Below are positions 9,948 through 20,100 of a stretch of 64,000 nucleotides of DNA, one piece after another. Numbering within the stretch: position 1 is the first letter of the stretch; each line of letters opens with the position of its first letter. The DNA is from an uncultured Verrucomicrobiae bacterium (GTDB lineage: Bacteria > Verrucomicrobiota > Verrucomicrobiia > Limisphaerales > Palsa-1400): contig CAVXRD010000002.1 in assembly GCA_963764165.1 (NCBI GenBank), positions 2,912,001 to 2,976,000 on the forward strand. Reading direction: 5' to 3'. The notes under the pieces are model-generated. The model saw only the letters and a program-made list of their open reading frames with translations. It was not told the DNA's origin and did no database searches. The position numbers and the translations under genes are program-made.

Positions 9948-10031
9948 CAATAGATGACAGGAATTAAGATGCGTCTGCCCTGTTTCACGAAGGCGGCTCG
10001 GCTGGAGCCTCGCCCTACCTGGCGTTCCGGC

Positions 10032-11291
10032 CTAAGGTGCCGATTCCGCGCTTGGAGGTTGTTGCAATTTGCCTCGGCGCGAGCGGTCTGCAAACCACGT
10101 GACGCACAGAATCACGAAACTGATTCCCGCGCCGATGGGCATGACCTTAAGCAATGCGTCAGGCGTAGTGCCAAAATTCAGCAGGCAAATCCAATAGGTC
10201 AATCCAGCCGCTCCATACAGCAACGCGATTTTGAAGGTCCGGTCCGCCAAGCTCCACATGCCAACCGCCTGATTGAGCCCAATCAATACCATCGAGAGAG
10301 AAAACGGGATGAGCATATCGGCCGCGACATGGTTCTCAGCGTTGCCAAACCATCGGACAAGCTGATTCCTCATGACGATGATGCCGCAAGCGCAGGCAGC
10401 GAGCCCGCCCGCATACAATGCCAATAAAATTCGCTGATCCGACCGCGCCGAGCCTTCCTTGCTGCCGGAGCGGGAAGTGAATGTCACCCACAGCAGCGGC
10501 AACACGGTCATTGGAATGGCGCGGGCGAATTTGGACGCCATCTGGTAATTATCCATAGCCGCTCCCGAAAAGTACTTCTTGGAAACAAGGCTGTCACCGG
10601 TGCCAAAAAAACATGTCCCTGCAACCGTTGCGCCGGTGACGATCAAAAACCGGACGAACTCGGGCGTCCATGGAGAGATGGGTTTAGCCGGATGCCGGAA
10701 AATGTCCTTCCACCAGTAAAACAGAATGAAAGTGGCCAATAACGCCGCGAGGTTGGAGATCAGCCCAGAAGCGGCAGACGGATATTTCTGCGTGACCAAA
10801 ATAATGAATGCTATGCGAAAACACACACCCAGGCCGTTGATGACGGCCAGGCGTTTGAACCACGCCATCCCCTGGCACAACGCCACTGCCAGCCCCGACC
10901 AGCATCCAACGAGGAAAAGCCCCATGATCACCTGCATCAGGCGCTGATTCTTAAAGCCGAAGAAAAGGCCAAGAGGCTGCCATAAACCCAACGCCAAAAC
11001 GGAACCGCCGATGGTCGCCCAAAACAGCAGCTTCTGGCATCCCGCCAGCAAGCCTTGCAACCGCGCGTCATCGCTCTTGGATCGGAAATGAGCGATATAA
11101 TGGATCACGGACGTTGTGAGCATTTGCAAAGGGAGGCCGAGCAGCGTTGCATAATCCGCCGCCGTGTTGGCTTCGCCAAAATCACCCGTTCCCACCAGGT
11201 ATCTTTTCAGCAGCGAACTGCAAAGCATGTTGCCGACTCCGACGCCCAAGCTCAGAATCGACCAAATAACACCACTGCGCCATAACTTCAC
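10032..11291 (-). CDS. Polytopic membrane protein, oligosaccharide flippase/MATE-like
   Basis: About 12 hydrophobic segments with Wzx-like spacing; start placed at GTG (VKLWRSG) to avoid overlapping the divergent gene. Confidence 0.65.
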   Translation of the reverse strand: MKLWRSGVIWSILSLGVGVGNMLCSSLLKRYLVGTGDFGEANTAADYATLLGLPLQMLTTSVIHYIAHFRSKSDDARLQGLLAGCQKLLFWATIGGSVLALGLWQPLGLFFGFKNQRLMQVIMGLFLVGCWSGLAVALCQGMAWFKRLAVINGLGVCFRIAFIILVTQKYPSAASGLISNLAALLATFILFYWWKDIFRHPAKPISPWTPEFVRFLIVTGATVAGTCFFGTGDSLVSKKYFSGAAMDNYQMASKFARAIPMTVLPLLWVTFTSRSGSKEGSARSDQRILLALYAGGLAACACGIIVMRNQLVRWFGNAENHVAADMLIPFSLSMVLIGLNQAVGMWSLADRTFKIALLYGAAGLTYWICLLNFGTTPDALLKVMPIGAGISFVILCVTWFADRSRRGKLQQPPSAESAP

Positions 11292-11482
11292 GGTGCCGGT
11301 TATGCGTGCCCGTCCCGCGAGTGTCAACGCCAAAGGGGATTTGATTGGATTGCGTTTGATGAGGATAGGACCAATGCGACGAATAAGACGTATGAACCGC
11401 GCGGCTGGCAAATCGACGGCCTCTCTCCGCCATGCCACTATATTGAATACAACCAAATCGCCATCGTCGGTGTTATGACAGC

Positions 11483-13120
11483 ATGAAAAATCGATTTTTG
11501 CCCGGTTACGCATGGCTTGTGGCCCTGGGATCGGGCGTCGTTTTGTTGATTGGCGCTCTGGCCCGGTTTGATACCGCCGCTCCCGTTCCGCCCTCAAACG
11601 CTGCTCCCAACCCTTTGCAGGTCGCTCAAGAAGATTCGGCTGCCGAGGCGCCGCCGACGGATCATCCGCTGCCTTCCGACCTTTCACCGGGAATAGGAGA
11701 CATCATTAAGCTGGCACAAGCGCATGTGGATGAAGGGGTTATGATCGCCTTCATCAAGAGCTCCGGGCACGTGTTCACTCCGACGGCGGATGAGATCCTT
11801 TATTTAGCCGACCTTGGCCTGTCCCAGCGCGTGATCGGGGCGATAGTCGACACCGCTGCGCCGACCCAAATCGCGCAAGCGACGCAAATCCCCGCCAGCG
11901 GCCCGCCGATGCCGATGACGGCAACGTCCATGGCAGAACCGCCAACCGCCCAGCCGGAACCGCCGCCCGCCGTGGCCGAATCGCAGGCTGACGCAAACGC
12001 CGGGGTGTTTTTTGACAGCCTGTCGCCTTACGGCACATGGTCGCAGCAGCCCGGTTATGGCCAGGTCTGGAAGCCAACCGTCGAGACGATCGACTCGAAT
12101 TGGACGCCGTATGTGGATGCGGGGCAATGGCTTTACTCGGATAGCGGCTGGTATTGGCAGTCCGATTACACCTGGGGCTGGGCGCCTTACCATTACGGGC
12201 GCTGGGTGAATCTAGCCAAGCAGGGGTGGGTTTGGACGCCCGGAAATATCTGGTCGCCCGCGTGGGTGACTTGGCGGGTCAGCGGCTCGTTCGTTGGCTG
12301 GGCGCCGCTGCCGCCCGGCGTGAGCCTCAATGTGCTGGCGCAATTGACCTACAACAGCAAACCCGTGGGCGCGAATTTCCTCTTTGGCCTGCCGAGCTCG
12401 GCCTTTACCTTCGTCAACATCAGCAGCTTGACCAAACGCCGCCTGCCCACCCGTGTTGCGCCGGCGAAAATGGCTGGAGAATTGATCCGAACAAGCGTGA
12501 GCGTAGACAATTATTCCATCGTCAAGAATAGGATTTTCAATGCCGGTGTCGACATCGAAAAAGTCTCTTCCAAAGCGCTGGTGACGCAAGTGACGTTGCG
12601 GGCGACTTCCTCCCTCGATTCGGCGGGATTGGCCAAGGACAAAAAGACGCTGGCGGTTTATGTGCCGCCTGTGACTTCCCCAGCCCCCTCAAGCGCGGCG
12701 GAAATGGCGGATGCGGAACGCTCGCGCGGCGAATCCTCGGCGGAAACAGCGCTCGCCCGGCCTTCATCGCCCGCGCCGGGGTTGGAAGGATACGGACAGG
12801 GACCGTCGCCATTGCCGCCGCTCCGGTATTCGCACGGCCTGAATCCAAATCGCAGCCCTGCTTATAATCGTTTTGCCGCAGAATCCCCGGCGCCCGAGCA
12901 GCGTTGGCAAAATGGGCCGGGAGCGTTCGCCAACGAGGAGCGTTCTGGTGGCCCCTCGCACCACGCCGAGGATGAAAGTCGCGCTCCAACTCATCCGCCA
13001 GAACCACCCCGCGCCGCTCCCGAGAGCCATCCGAGCCCGCCGCCAGCGGAGCCGGCGCGCACGGCCGCGGCTTCAGCCTCACCGGCCTCGTCGTCGAGCA
13101 GTTCGAAGACTGGAAAATAG
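11483..13120 (+). CDS. DUF6600-like Trp-rich exported protein
   Basis: N-terminal hydrophobic segment; LSPYGTW...WTPY..GQW...GWYWQSDYTWGWAPYHYGRW...WSPAWVTW..VGWAPLPP; Pro/Ser-rich tail. Confidence 0.75.
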   Translation: MKNRFLPGYAWLVALGSGVVLLIGALARFDTAAPVPPSNAAPNPLQVAQEDSAAEAPPTDHPLPSDLSPGIGDIIKLAQAHVDEGVMIAFIKSSGHVFTPTADEILYLADLGLSQRVIGAIVDTAAPTQIAQATQIPASGPPMPMTATSMAEPPTAQPEPPPAVAESQADANAGVFFDSLSPYGTWSQQPGYGQVWKPTVETIDSNWTPYVDAGQWLYSDSGWYWQSDYTWGWAPYHYGRWVNLAKQGWVWTPGNIWSPAWVTWRVSGSFVGWAPLPPGVSLNVLAQLTYNSKPVGANFLFGLPSSAFTFVNISSLTKRRLPTRVAPAKMAGELIRTSVSVDNYSIVKNRIFNAGVDIEKVSSKALVTQVTLRATSSLDSAGLAKDKKTLAVYVPPVTSPAPSSAAEMADAERSRGESSAETALARPSSPAPGLEGYGQGPSPLPPLRYSHGLNPNRSPAYNRFAAESPAPEQRWQNGPGAFANEERSGGPSHHAEDESRAPTHPPEPPRAAPESHPSPPPAEPARTAAASASPASSSSSSKTGK

Positions 13121-13218
13121 CCGAAGCGCAATTCCGGCGATGGGAACGGATGGGAGTAATGGGAACTGGATGCGAATTGGAGTTTACACTCGCGCGGAGT
13201 GCGGGTAATTGATGAATC

Positions 13219-14466
13219 ATGAACACCGTTACTTCTTTGAAGACTGTCAAAAGCAAAGTCCGCCCGCTCGTGGAAGGGGCTTTGGGCGAAACGGGCGGGC
13301 TGCTTCGGCTGGCTCCGTGCTGGGTGCCGCGGTCTTTCTTGCAGCCGGGCAAACGCCTCAAGCTGCACCCCGACGATCTTTATGCGTTTGGCCTGAACCG
13401 CGGCGGCATCGACGAACGCTGGTTCGCCTCGACCACTCCCGCCGCCAACGAAAATCGCACGCCGGACGAGGGCCTCAGCTACGTGGTCGCGGGAAAGCAG
13501 CGGTTCACTTTGCAGCAGGCGGTGGCGGAATGCGGCGCGGCGCTCATCGGCGAGAGCATTTGGCGCAAATACAAACGGTGGCCGGTCTATTCCAAGTTCT
13601 TCGACAACATGGGCCCGATTCCGCATCATCTGCATCAAAATTCCAGGCAGGCGGCGCTGGTTGGATTGGAAGGCAAACCAGAATCTTACTATTTTCCGCC
13701 GCAACATAACAATGTCGGCAACAATTTTCCCTACACGTTCATGGGCTTGGAGCCCGGCACGACCAAGGCCGATGTGCGCCGCTGTTTGGAGAATTGGAAT
13801 AAAGGCGACAATGGCATCCTTGACTTGAGCCGCGCCTATCGCCTGAAGCCCGGCACTGGCTGGCTCATCCCGCCGTGCATTCTTCATGCGCCCGGTTCGC
13901 TCTGCACCTACGAGCCGCAATGGGGCAGCGACGTTTTCGGCATGTATCAATCGCTGGTGGAAGGCCGCGAAGTGCCGTGGTCGCTCCTGGTCAAGGACGT
14001 CCCGAAGAAATATCACAAAGACCTTGATTACCTCGTCGAGCAATTGGATTGGGAAGGAAACGTCGACGAGCATTTCAAGGACAACCATTTTCTCACGCCG
14101 CGCCCGGTGGCGCATCCGCAGAGCGAAGGCTGCGCGGACCGGTGGATTGTTTACGGCAAAGTCGATGGCCAGCAGCTTTTCAGCGCGAAGGAATTGACGC
14201 TCGAGCCCGGCGCGAAATGCACCATCAAAGATGGTGGCGCTTACGGTCTCATCACTGTGCAAGGCAAAGGCAAGATGAATAATCTAACGCTCGATTGCCC
14301 GAAGCTGATCCGTTTCCACGAATTGACTGAGGACGAAGTCTTCTGCACTGAAGCCGCCGCCAAGGCCGGCGTGACGTTTGAGAATACGAGCGACGTCGAA
14401 CCACTTGTCACCCTCCGCTACTTTGGCCCCGAGGCCAATCCAGATGCGCCGGATTTGCATGGGTAA
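13219..14466 (+). CDS. Conserved hypothetical cupin-fold protein, phosphomannose-isomerase-like
   Basis: PIPHHLHQ, GKPESYYF, LHAPG, YEPQWGSD resemble type I PMI metal-binding motifs. Confidence 0.6.
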   Translation: MNTVTSLKTVKSKVRPLVEGALGETGGLLRLAPCWVPRSFLQPGKRLKLHPDDLYAFGLNRGGIDERWFASTTPAANENRTPDEGLSYVVAGKQRFTLQQAVAECGAALIGESIWRKYKRWPVYSKFFDNMGPIPHHLHQNSRQAALVGLEGKPESYYFPPQHNNVGNNFPYTFMGLEPGTTKADVRRCLENWNKGDNGILDLSRAYRLKPGTGWLIPPCILHAPGSLCTYEPQWGSDVFGMYQSLVEGREVPWSLLVKDVPKKYHKDLDYLVEQLDWEGNVDEHFKDNHFLTPRPVAHPQSEGCADRWIVYGKVDGQQLFSAKELTLEPGAKCTIKDGGAYGLITVQGKGKMNNLTLDCPKLIRFHELTEDEVFCTEAAAKAGVTFENTSDVEPLVTLRYFGPEANPDAPDLHG

Positions 14467-14475
14467 GCCGGAATG

Positions 14476-14560
14476 AGCCACAGAAGGACACAGATCAACA
14501 AAGATAAACCGGAAGGCACTCTATTCAAAAATCTGTGTTGATCTGTGTGCATCTGTGGCT
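14476..14560. repeat. 30-bp inverted repeat built from 10-bp ACAGAT units
   Basis: 14476-14505 versus the reverse complement of 14531-14560, 3 mismatches; lies between convergent genes. Confidence 0.8.
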
Positions 14561-14601
14561 GCTTTAGCACAGGAACTCGGGATCCAAAGTGGTCTTGGCC
14601 G

Positions 14602-15204
14602 CTATGGCAGCTTATGCGTGTGCGACCGCATCTTGCAGCTCGGCGGCTGGCCGACTGGGTTGAGGTCATAGCTGTTGGTGAATTCGTTCAAGCCATCATC
14701 GGGACACGACGGCATGAGGTCTCCTTTGCCGCAACCAATATAGGCGCGCAACTCAACCGCAGTTAACGTGTCTCCTTCGTTTTTGTGGTTTTCCAGCGCC
14801 CATTGGTTTTTGGCAGAGTCGATCAGGCGGAGATTGTTGACACATGCGTTTTGGCGCGACACAGCGTCCGCCCGTGCCAGATTCTGAAACGGATTAACGA
14901 AGCCCGCCGTCAGAGCGCACACAAAAACAAAGCAATAGGCCGCCCCCCGCGAAGGAGATGTTCGGCGCTTGATTTCCAATACCAGCATCGCTGCGGCGAT
15001 AAGCGCAAACACTCTGTTCGCAATAGAAAGCACCCCCGCGATCCTGGGCAAACTTTGAATGTCGGAGTGATAGGCCGCCCAATAGATTCGGCCCTCGGCT
15101 ATGAGCGAGCCGAGACTAAGGACAACCAGCCATATCGGTAGCCACCGAATCCAGCCGGCGACTCGGCCCGAATTGCTTTTCAAATCAAAGGGATGTTCCA
15201 GCAT
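14602..15204 (-). CDS. Membrane protein with pseudopilin-like C-terminal domain
   Basis: 3 TM segments then RQNACVNNLRLIDSAKNQWALE...MPSCP...PPSC, typical of PVC pilin-like proteins. Confidence 0.55.
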   Translation of the reverse strand: MLEHPFDLKSNSGRVAGWIRWLPIWLVVLSLGSLIAEGRIYWAAYHSDIQSLPRIAGVLSIANRVFALIAAAMLVLEIKRRTSPSRGAAYCFVFVCALTAGFVNPFQNLARADAVSRQNACVNNLRLIDSAKNQWALENHKNEGDTLTAVELRAYIGCGKGDLMPSCPDDGLNEFTNSYDLNPVGQPPSCKMRSHTHKLP

Positions 15205-15307
15205 TTTGATCCAAACCCCGCGTTTTAATATAGGTTTCGCCCGAGAGAAAATATCCCCACCTTGACTATTGTTTTCGCCGTGGAACGTTTGCGCTGCAAG
15301 GAGCACT

Positions 15308-16000
15308 TTGAAACGCGCATTCACATTGGTTGAGTTGTTAGTCGTCATCGCAATTATTGCTGTGCTCGCGGCGTTGCTTTTGCCGAGCCTGGTCCAGGGC
15401 AAGGAAGGCGCGAAACGGACGGCCTGCCGCAGCAATCTTCACCAACTGACCCTCGCCTTGCACACGTATGGCGATGATCAGCGTGATCTCCTGCCACCCG
15501 GCCTTTGCGATTATGGGTTTGATTATCCACCCGTCGTTTCGACGAACACCTGGCAGATTTTCAAGCAATACATTGGGAATCCGGCGGCCATTGGCTGCCC
15601 TGGGCTTCCCAAGCCGTTCGTCATGGGTGGGTTTTCCATGCCGCCATATGGCTACGTTCTTGGATTCGTTTATCTGGGCGGGCATACGAACATTTCAGAG
15701 CCGCCGGAAATGTCGTGGATTTCGCCGCTGAAATTCACCGACCCCGGCTCGCTTGCGCTTTTGATCGATATGAATGTGTGGTCGCCCGGGTATCAATCCG
15801 TCGCCCCGCATGGCGCCAACGGCCCCATTGTCCAGAACGGCGACGCGTCGAACCCCAACGCTGAAGGCGCGACACCAAAGGAACTCGGCGGCCTCGGCGG
15901 CAATATCGCCACGCTCGATGGCGCTGTGGCGTGGAAGCAAATCAACCAGATGAAATCGTATCAGCTTTCATCGGACGCCGCCGTATTTGGGAATTGGTAG
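15308..16000 (+). CDS. Prepilin-type N-terminal cleavage/methylation domain protein (DUF1559-like)
   Basis: [34 protein letters not shown]-terminal [12 protein letters not shown] start. Confidence 0.88.
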   Translation: MKRAFTLVELLVVIAIIAVLAALLLPSLVQGKEGAKRTACRSNLHQLTLALHTYGDDQRDLLPPGLCDYGFDYPPVVSTNTWQIFKQYIGNPAAIGCPGLPKPFVMGGFSMPPYGYVLGFVYLGGHTNISEPPEMSWISPLKFTDPGSLALLIDMNVWSPGYQSVAPHGANGPIVQNGDASNPNAEGATPKELGGLGGNIATLDGAVAWKQINQMKSYQLSSDAAVFGNW

Positions 16001-16022
16001 CGTTGTTGAAAAAGCATAGAAC

Positions 16023-16472
16023 TCACGGCTGCTGGCGCGTGCCCTCCAATATCTCAACCTCCTCGCCGTTGGGAAAAACTCGCCAGCGGTATGGCGGCAT
16101 CTCTGTCAACTGCACGGCATCAAGTTCCTCGATCCCTTGCAAAAATGCTTTGCAAATGCGGTGCCAGCCATCCAGAACCTCGCCGTCGGGGGAAAGAATA
16201 ATGGGGTAACTCAAATCAGCCGCAAAGATGTCCCGCGCATGCTCCGCGACGGCGCGGCAAGTCGGCAAAACATTCATGCCTCCTCCGAACCATCGAACCT
16301 CGTCGAAACCTTTGATCTCACTCAGCCGGACTTTTTTCGGCGCGAGACCGCCAGCCAAATCCCACAATGGCTGCATTCGGAAAAAGCGCATTGAGCCATC
16401 CGGCCCCGGTGGCTCGCACGAACGCCGCGCCGCGGCGCGCTCGTTTCGCGTTTTGTTTCCGCTCTCGTTCAT
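16023..16472 (-). CDS. Small ParB/Srx-like domain protein
   Basis: ADLSYPIIL...VLDGWHRI (DGxHR motif). Confidence 0.55.
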   Translation of the reverse strand: MNESGNKTRNERAAARRSCEPPGPDGSMRFFRMQPLWDLAGGLAPKKVRLSEIKGFDEVRWFGGGMNVLPTCRAVAEHARDIFAADLSYPIILSPDGEVLDGWHRICKAFLQGIEELDAVQLTEMPPYRWRVFPNGEEVEILEGTRQQP

Positions 16473-17127
16473 GGCTCGAAAGCAATGACGCTACTTCATC
16501 AACCGTATGTTTGTCACGGCCAGCAAATCCGGATGGATGAATCAGGAACGGCCGAACCCAGGAAAAGAGGCCTGGGGCATTTCCCAAGCAATGGGAAATA
16601 ATGTGAATTGAGGGATCGATGAAAACCTTGCAAGGACTTGAATTAACGATGGCATGACGCCAGCTTTGGCCTCATTTCCCGAGTTCGGTCGTTCCTGATT
16701 CAATTTTCTCCAATATTTCTTCAAAAATCGTGCTGAAAAACCTCCGGTAGGTTTTCTGTTTCTCATCGGATGTGCCAGAACGCTCGCATGAAAATGAATT
16801 TGATGGCGAGGGTCGGTTTGAGTGGGACGAACGGCACGGGGCAAAACACAGAGTCGCGCGGGAGCATGGCGTTCCTTGGCAAACGCCACTATGGCCGCGC
16901 CGAAGAGCCCCCTCCCGTTGGGAGCTTTGAAATATGGCCAGCTCGATTAGAGAATCAGTATCACCCAGTCGCAGCAAATCGCACCAAATCGCACCTGTTT
17001 TTTGAAAATGCCAGTGCTCTCAAAGGCATCGCCGCGCCCGGATTTCCTTTGGTGCTGGCGGGCAGGTTGTGGCATTCTGCGTCCGTCCGGACGGAATGAA
17101 TTTGCCCGGCGCACTGAATTCAAGGAC

Positions 17128-20100
17128 GTGAAAAAGTTTTATTTGACTCTGGCCTCGGCGCTCTGCTTTTGCGCGCTGGCGCCATGGACCGGCGGAGAAC
17201 CCGCTTCGCCCACGAATTCCCCGGCCCGCCACAAGGTTCAGATCACCGATCTCCGGCTGGCGCCGCAGGTGACGCGCGCCGGCGCGCGATTGATTGCCGA
17301 TTACGGCAGCTACCAGCTCTATGACGCGCCAGCCGATCTTCCGTCTCTGCCTGCCGAGAGCGCGGAATTGCGGGACGAATACAACCTCATCCACCTCAAC
17401 GCCGGCGAACTCGATACGACCGCGAGCGATGTCAAAGCGATGAGCAAAACCATCGGCCCATTCTCGGGCAAGCGCATGCATCTGGTGCAATTCGCCGGGC
17501 CGGTGCGGCCGCAATGGCGGAAGGAGCTGCTGGACGCAGGTGTCGAGATCATCACCTACATTCCGAATAATGCGTATCTTGTTTACGGCGAAGCTGCGGA
17601 TCTAGCGCGTGTCCAAGGCTGGGCCGCCTCCGCCCCGCATGTGCAATGGGAGGGCGCGTATCAAGATGAATTTCGCATTCATCCCATGGCGCGGCCAGAA
17701 ACAGCCAGGTCCGATCAATTCGCGATTCAACTGGTGGCTGACGCCGCGGCCAATGCGAAGACGCTCCAGTTAATCGACCAGCTTAAGCTCGCCCCAGTTT
17801 CACGGAACCGCCATGTGTTGAATTACGTCAACCTTGTCGTTCACTTGACACCAGCGGACGTGACCAAAATTGCGGCCATGCCGGACGTCGTTTCCATCCA
17901 GCCTTACGAAACGCCGCGCAAATTCGACGAGCGGCAGGACCAGATTGCCGCGGGAAATTTGAGCGGCTCGGCTCCGAGCGGCCCCGGCTATCTGGCGTGG
18001 CTGGCGAGCAAGGGTTTTACGCAGGCGCAATTCACCGCCTCGGGTTTGGTGGTGGATGTTTCCGACAGCGGCATTGATAATGGCACGACTTCGCCCAACC
18101 ACTTTGGATTGTATGCCGAGGGCATCATGGGCGGCGGAAACAGCCGCGTCGTTTACACGCGGCTGGAAGGAACTCCCAATCCCGGCAGCACGCTGGAGGG
18201 CTGTGACGGCCACGGAAATATCAACGCCCACATCGTGGGCGGCTACGACAATTCCAACAATCCCGGCTCTAGATTGGTGTTCGAGGACAAAGACGGCTAC
18301 CATTACGGATTGGGCGCCTGCCCGTTCGTTTCGCTCGGCTCCTCCGTGATTTTTGATCCGACCAATTGGACGGAACCCTCTTTCGAGAATCTGCTCTCGC
18401 AAGCTTATGAAAACGGTGTGCGCATCAGCAACAACAGCTGGGGTGACCAGGATGATGGGGATTGCCCGGCCGTGACAGGCGGCGCTTACAATATCGACAG
18501 CCAGGAATACGATGCGCTCGTCCGCGACTCCCAGCCCGGCGGCGCGCTTTACCCGGCCGCGGGCAACCAGGAAATGACCATCGTCTTTGCCGCCGGCAAC
18601 AACGGCCAATGCGGCGCGAAATCCGTCAGCGCGCCAGCCACGGGCAAAAACGTTATCGCCGTGGGCGCGGCCGACAGCGTCCAGCTTTTTGGAGGCAGCA
18701 ACGGCGGCGCGGATCTCGGCGGCGTCACCGATGGCATGGCTAAAAGCGCCAACGACATCGTTAATTTTTCCGGACGCGGCCCGTGCGCGGACGGCCGCAA
18801 AAAGCCGGATCTCGTCGCGCCGGGAACGCACATTAGCGGCGGCGCTCCGCAATCCAGTGATCCGGGCGCAACCGGGGCGGGCCTTGATTGTTTCCTGGCT
18901 AATACGGAGTACACCGTCGGCGTTGACGGCGGGCCGAACGGCAGTTTTTTCTTCCCAGTGGATGGCCAGCAATTTTACACCGCCTCGTCCGGCACGAGCC
19001 ATTCCACCCCATGCGTCGCCGGCGGCTGCGCGCTGGTGTGGCAATATTTCCTGAACCAGAATTTGCCCGCTCCCAGCCCCGCCATGGCCAAGGCCTGGCT
19101 GATGAACTCGGCCCGCTACCTTGATGGCTCGCTGGCGAAAGACTCGCTTTGGTCTGCCACCCAGGGGATGGGCGAAATGAATCTTGGGACGGCCTTCGAC
19201 GGAACGCCACGCATCCTCCGCGACGAAGACACAGGCGATCTTTTCACCGCCAGCGGCCAATCGCGCTCCTTCGCGGGCGCGGTGGCCGATGCCGCCAAGC
19301 CCTTCCGCGTCACGCTGGCGTGGACAGACGCCCCCGGCAACACAATCGGAGCCGCCTACAACAACGATCTCGACCTGACAGTGGCCGTCGGAGGCAAAAC
19401 TTACAAAGGCAATGTTTTCGCGGGCGCGAATTCGACCACCGGCGGCTCGGCCGATATCCGCGACAACGTGGAAAGCGTTTTTCTCCCGGCGGGCGCTTCT
19501 GGAAAATTCACCGTCACAGTCACGGCTACCAGCATCAACTCCCTGGCCGTGCCCGGGGCGGCGGGAGTCGTGAACCAGGATTTTGCGCTGGTCGTTTACA
19601 ACGCCGGCCAGACACCGGTTCTTGCTTCTGGCGGAGCGCAGTTGATGACCGAATCGTGCCAGCCAACGAATGGCGTCGCGGACCCGGGCGAAACTGTAAC
19701 AATGAATTTGACTTTGCAAAACGCAGGCACGGCGGGCACCACGAATTTGATGGCGACCTTGCTGGCTGGCAGCACCGTGTCCTCTCCCTCGGGCGCGCAG
19801 AGCTACGGCGTGATTTCGCCCGGCGGATCGGCCGCCATGCCGTTTTCATTCACCGCTTCCGGAAATTGCGGCGAGACGGCGACGGCGGCACTGCAGTTGC
19901 AGGATGGCTCGGCCAGCCTTGGCACCGTCACGTATAATTTTCCGCTCGGCCAGCTCGTCATCGCCACGAATTTCGCCGAGAATTTTGACGAGGCCACCGC
20001 GCCGAGCCTGCCGGACGGCTGGGGGACGAGCGATTTGCATTCCCGTGCCTCGTGGACCACGGAGGCAGGGATTGATTTCAGCGCGCCCAACGCGGTGTAT

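Noticed and set aside
16473..17127. Short ORFs in the gap upstream of the S8 protease
   Set aside because: No motif or codon support; more likely a regulatory region.
17800..19719. 639-aa minus-strand ORF
   Set aside because: Antisense shadow of the S8 peptidase.
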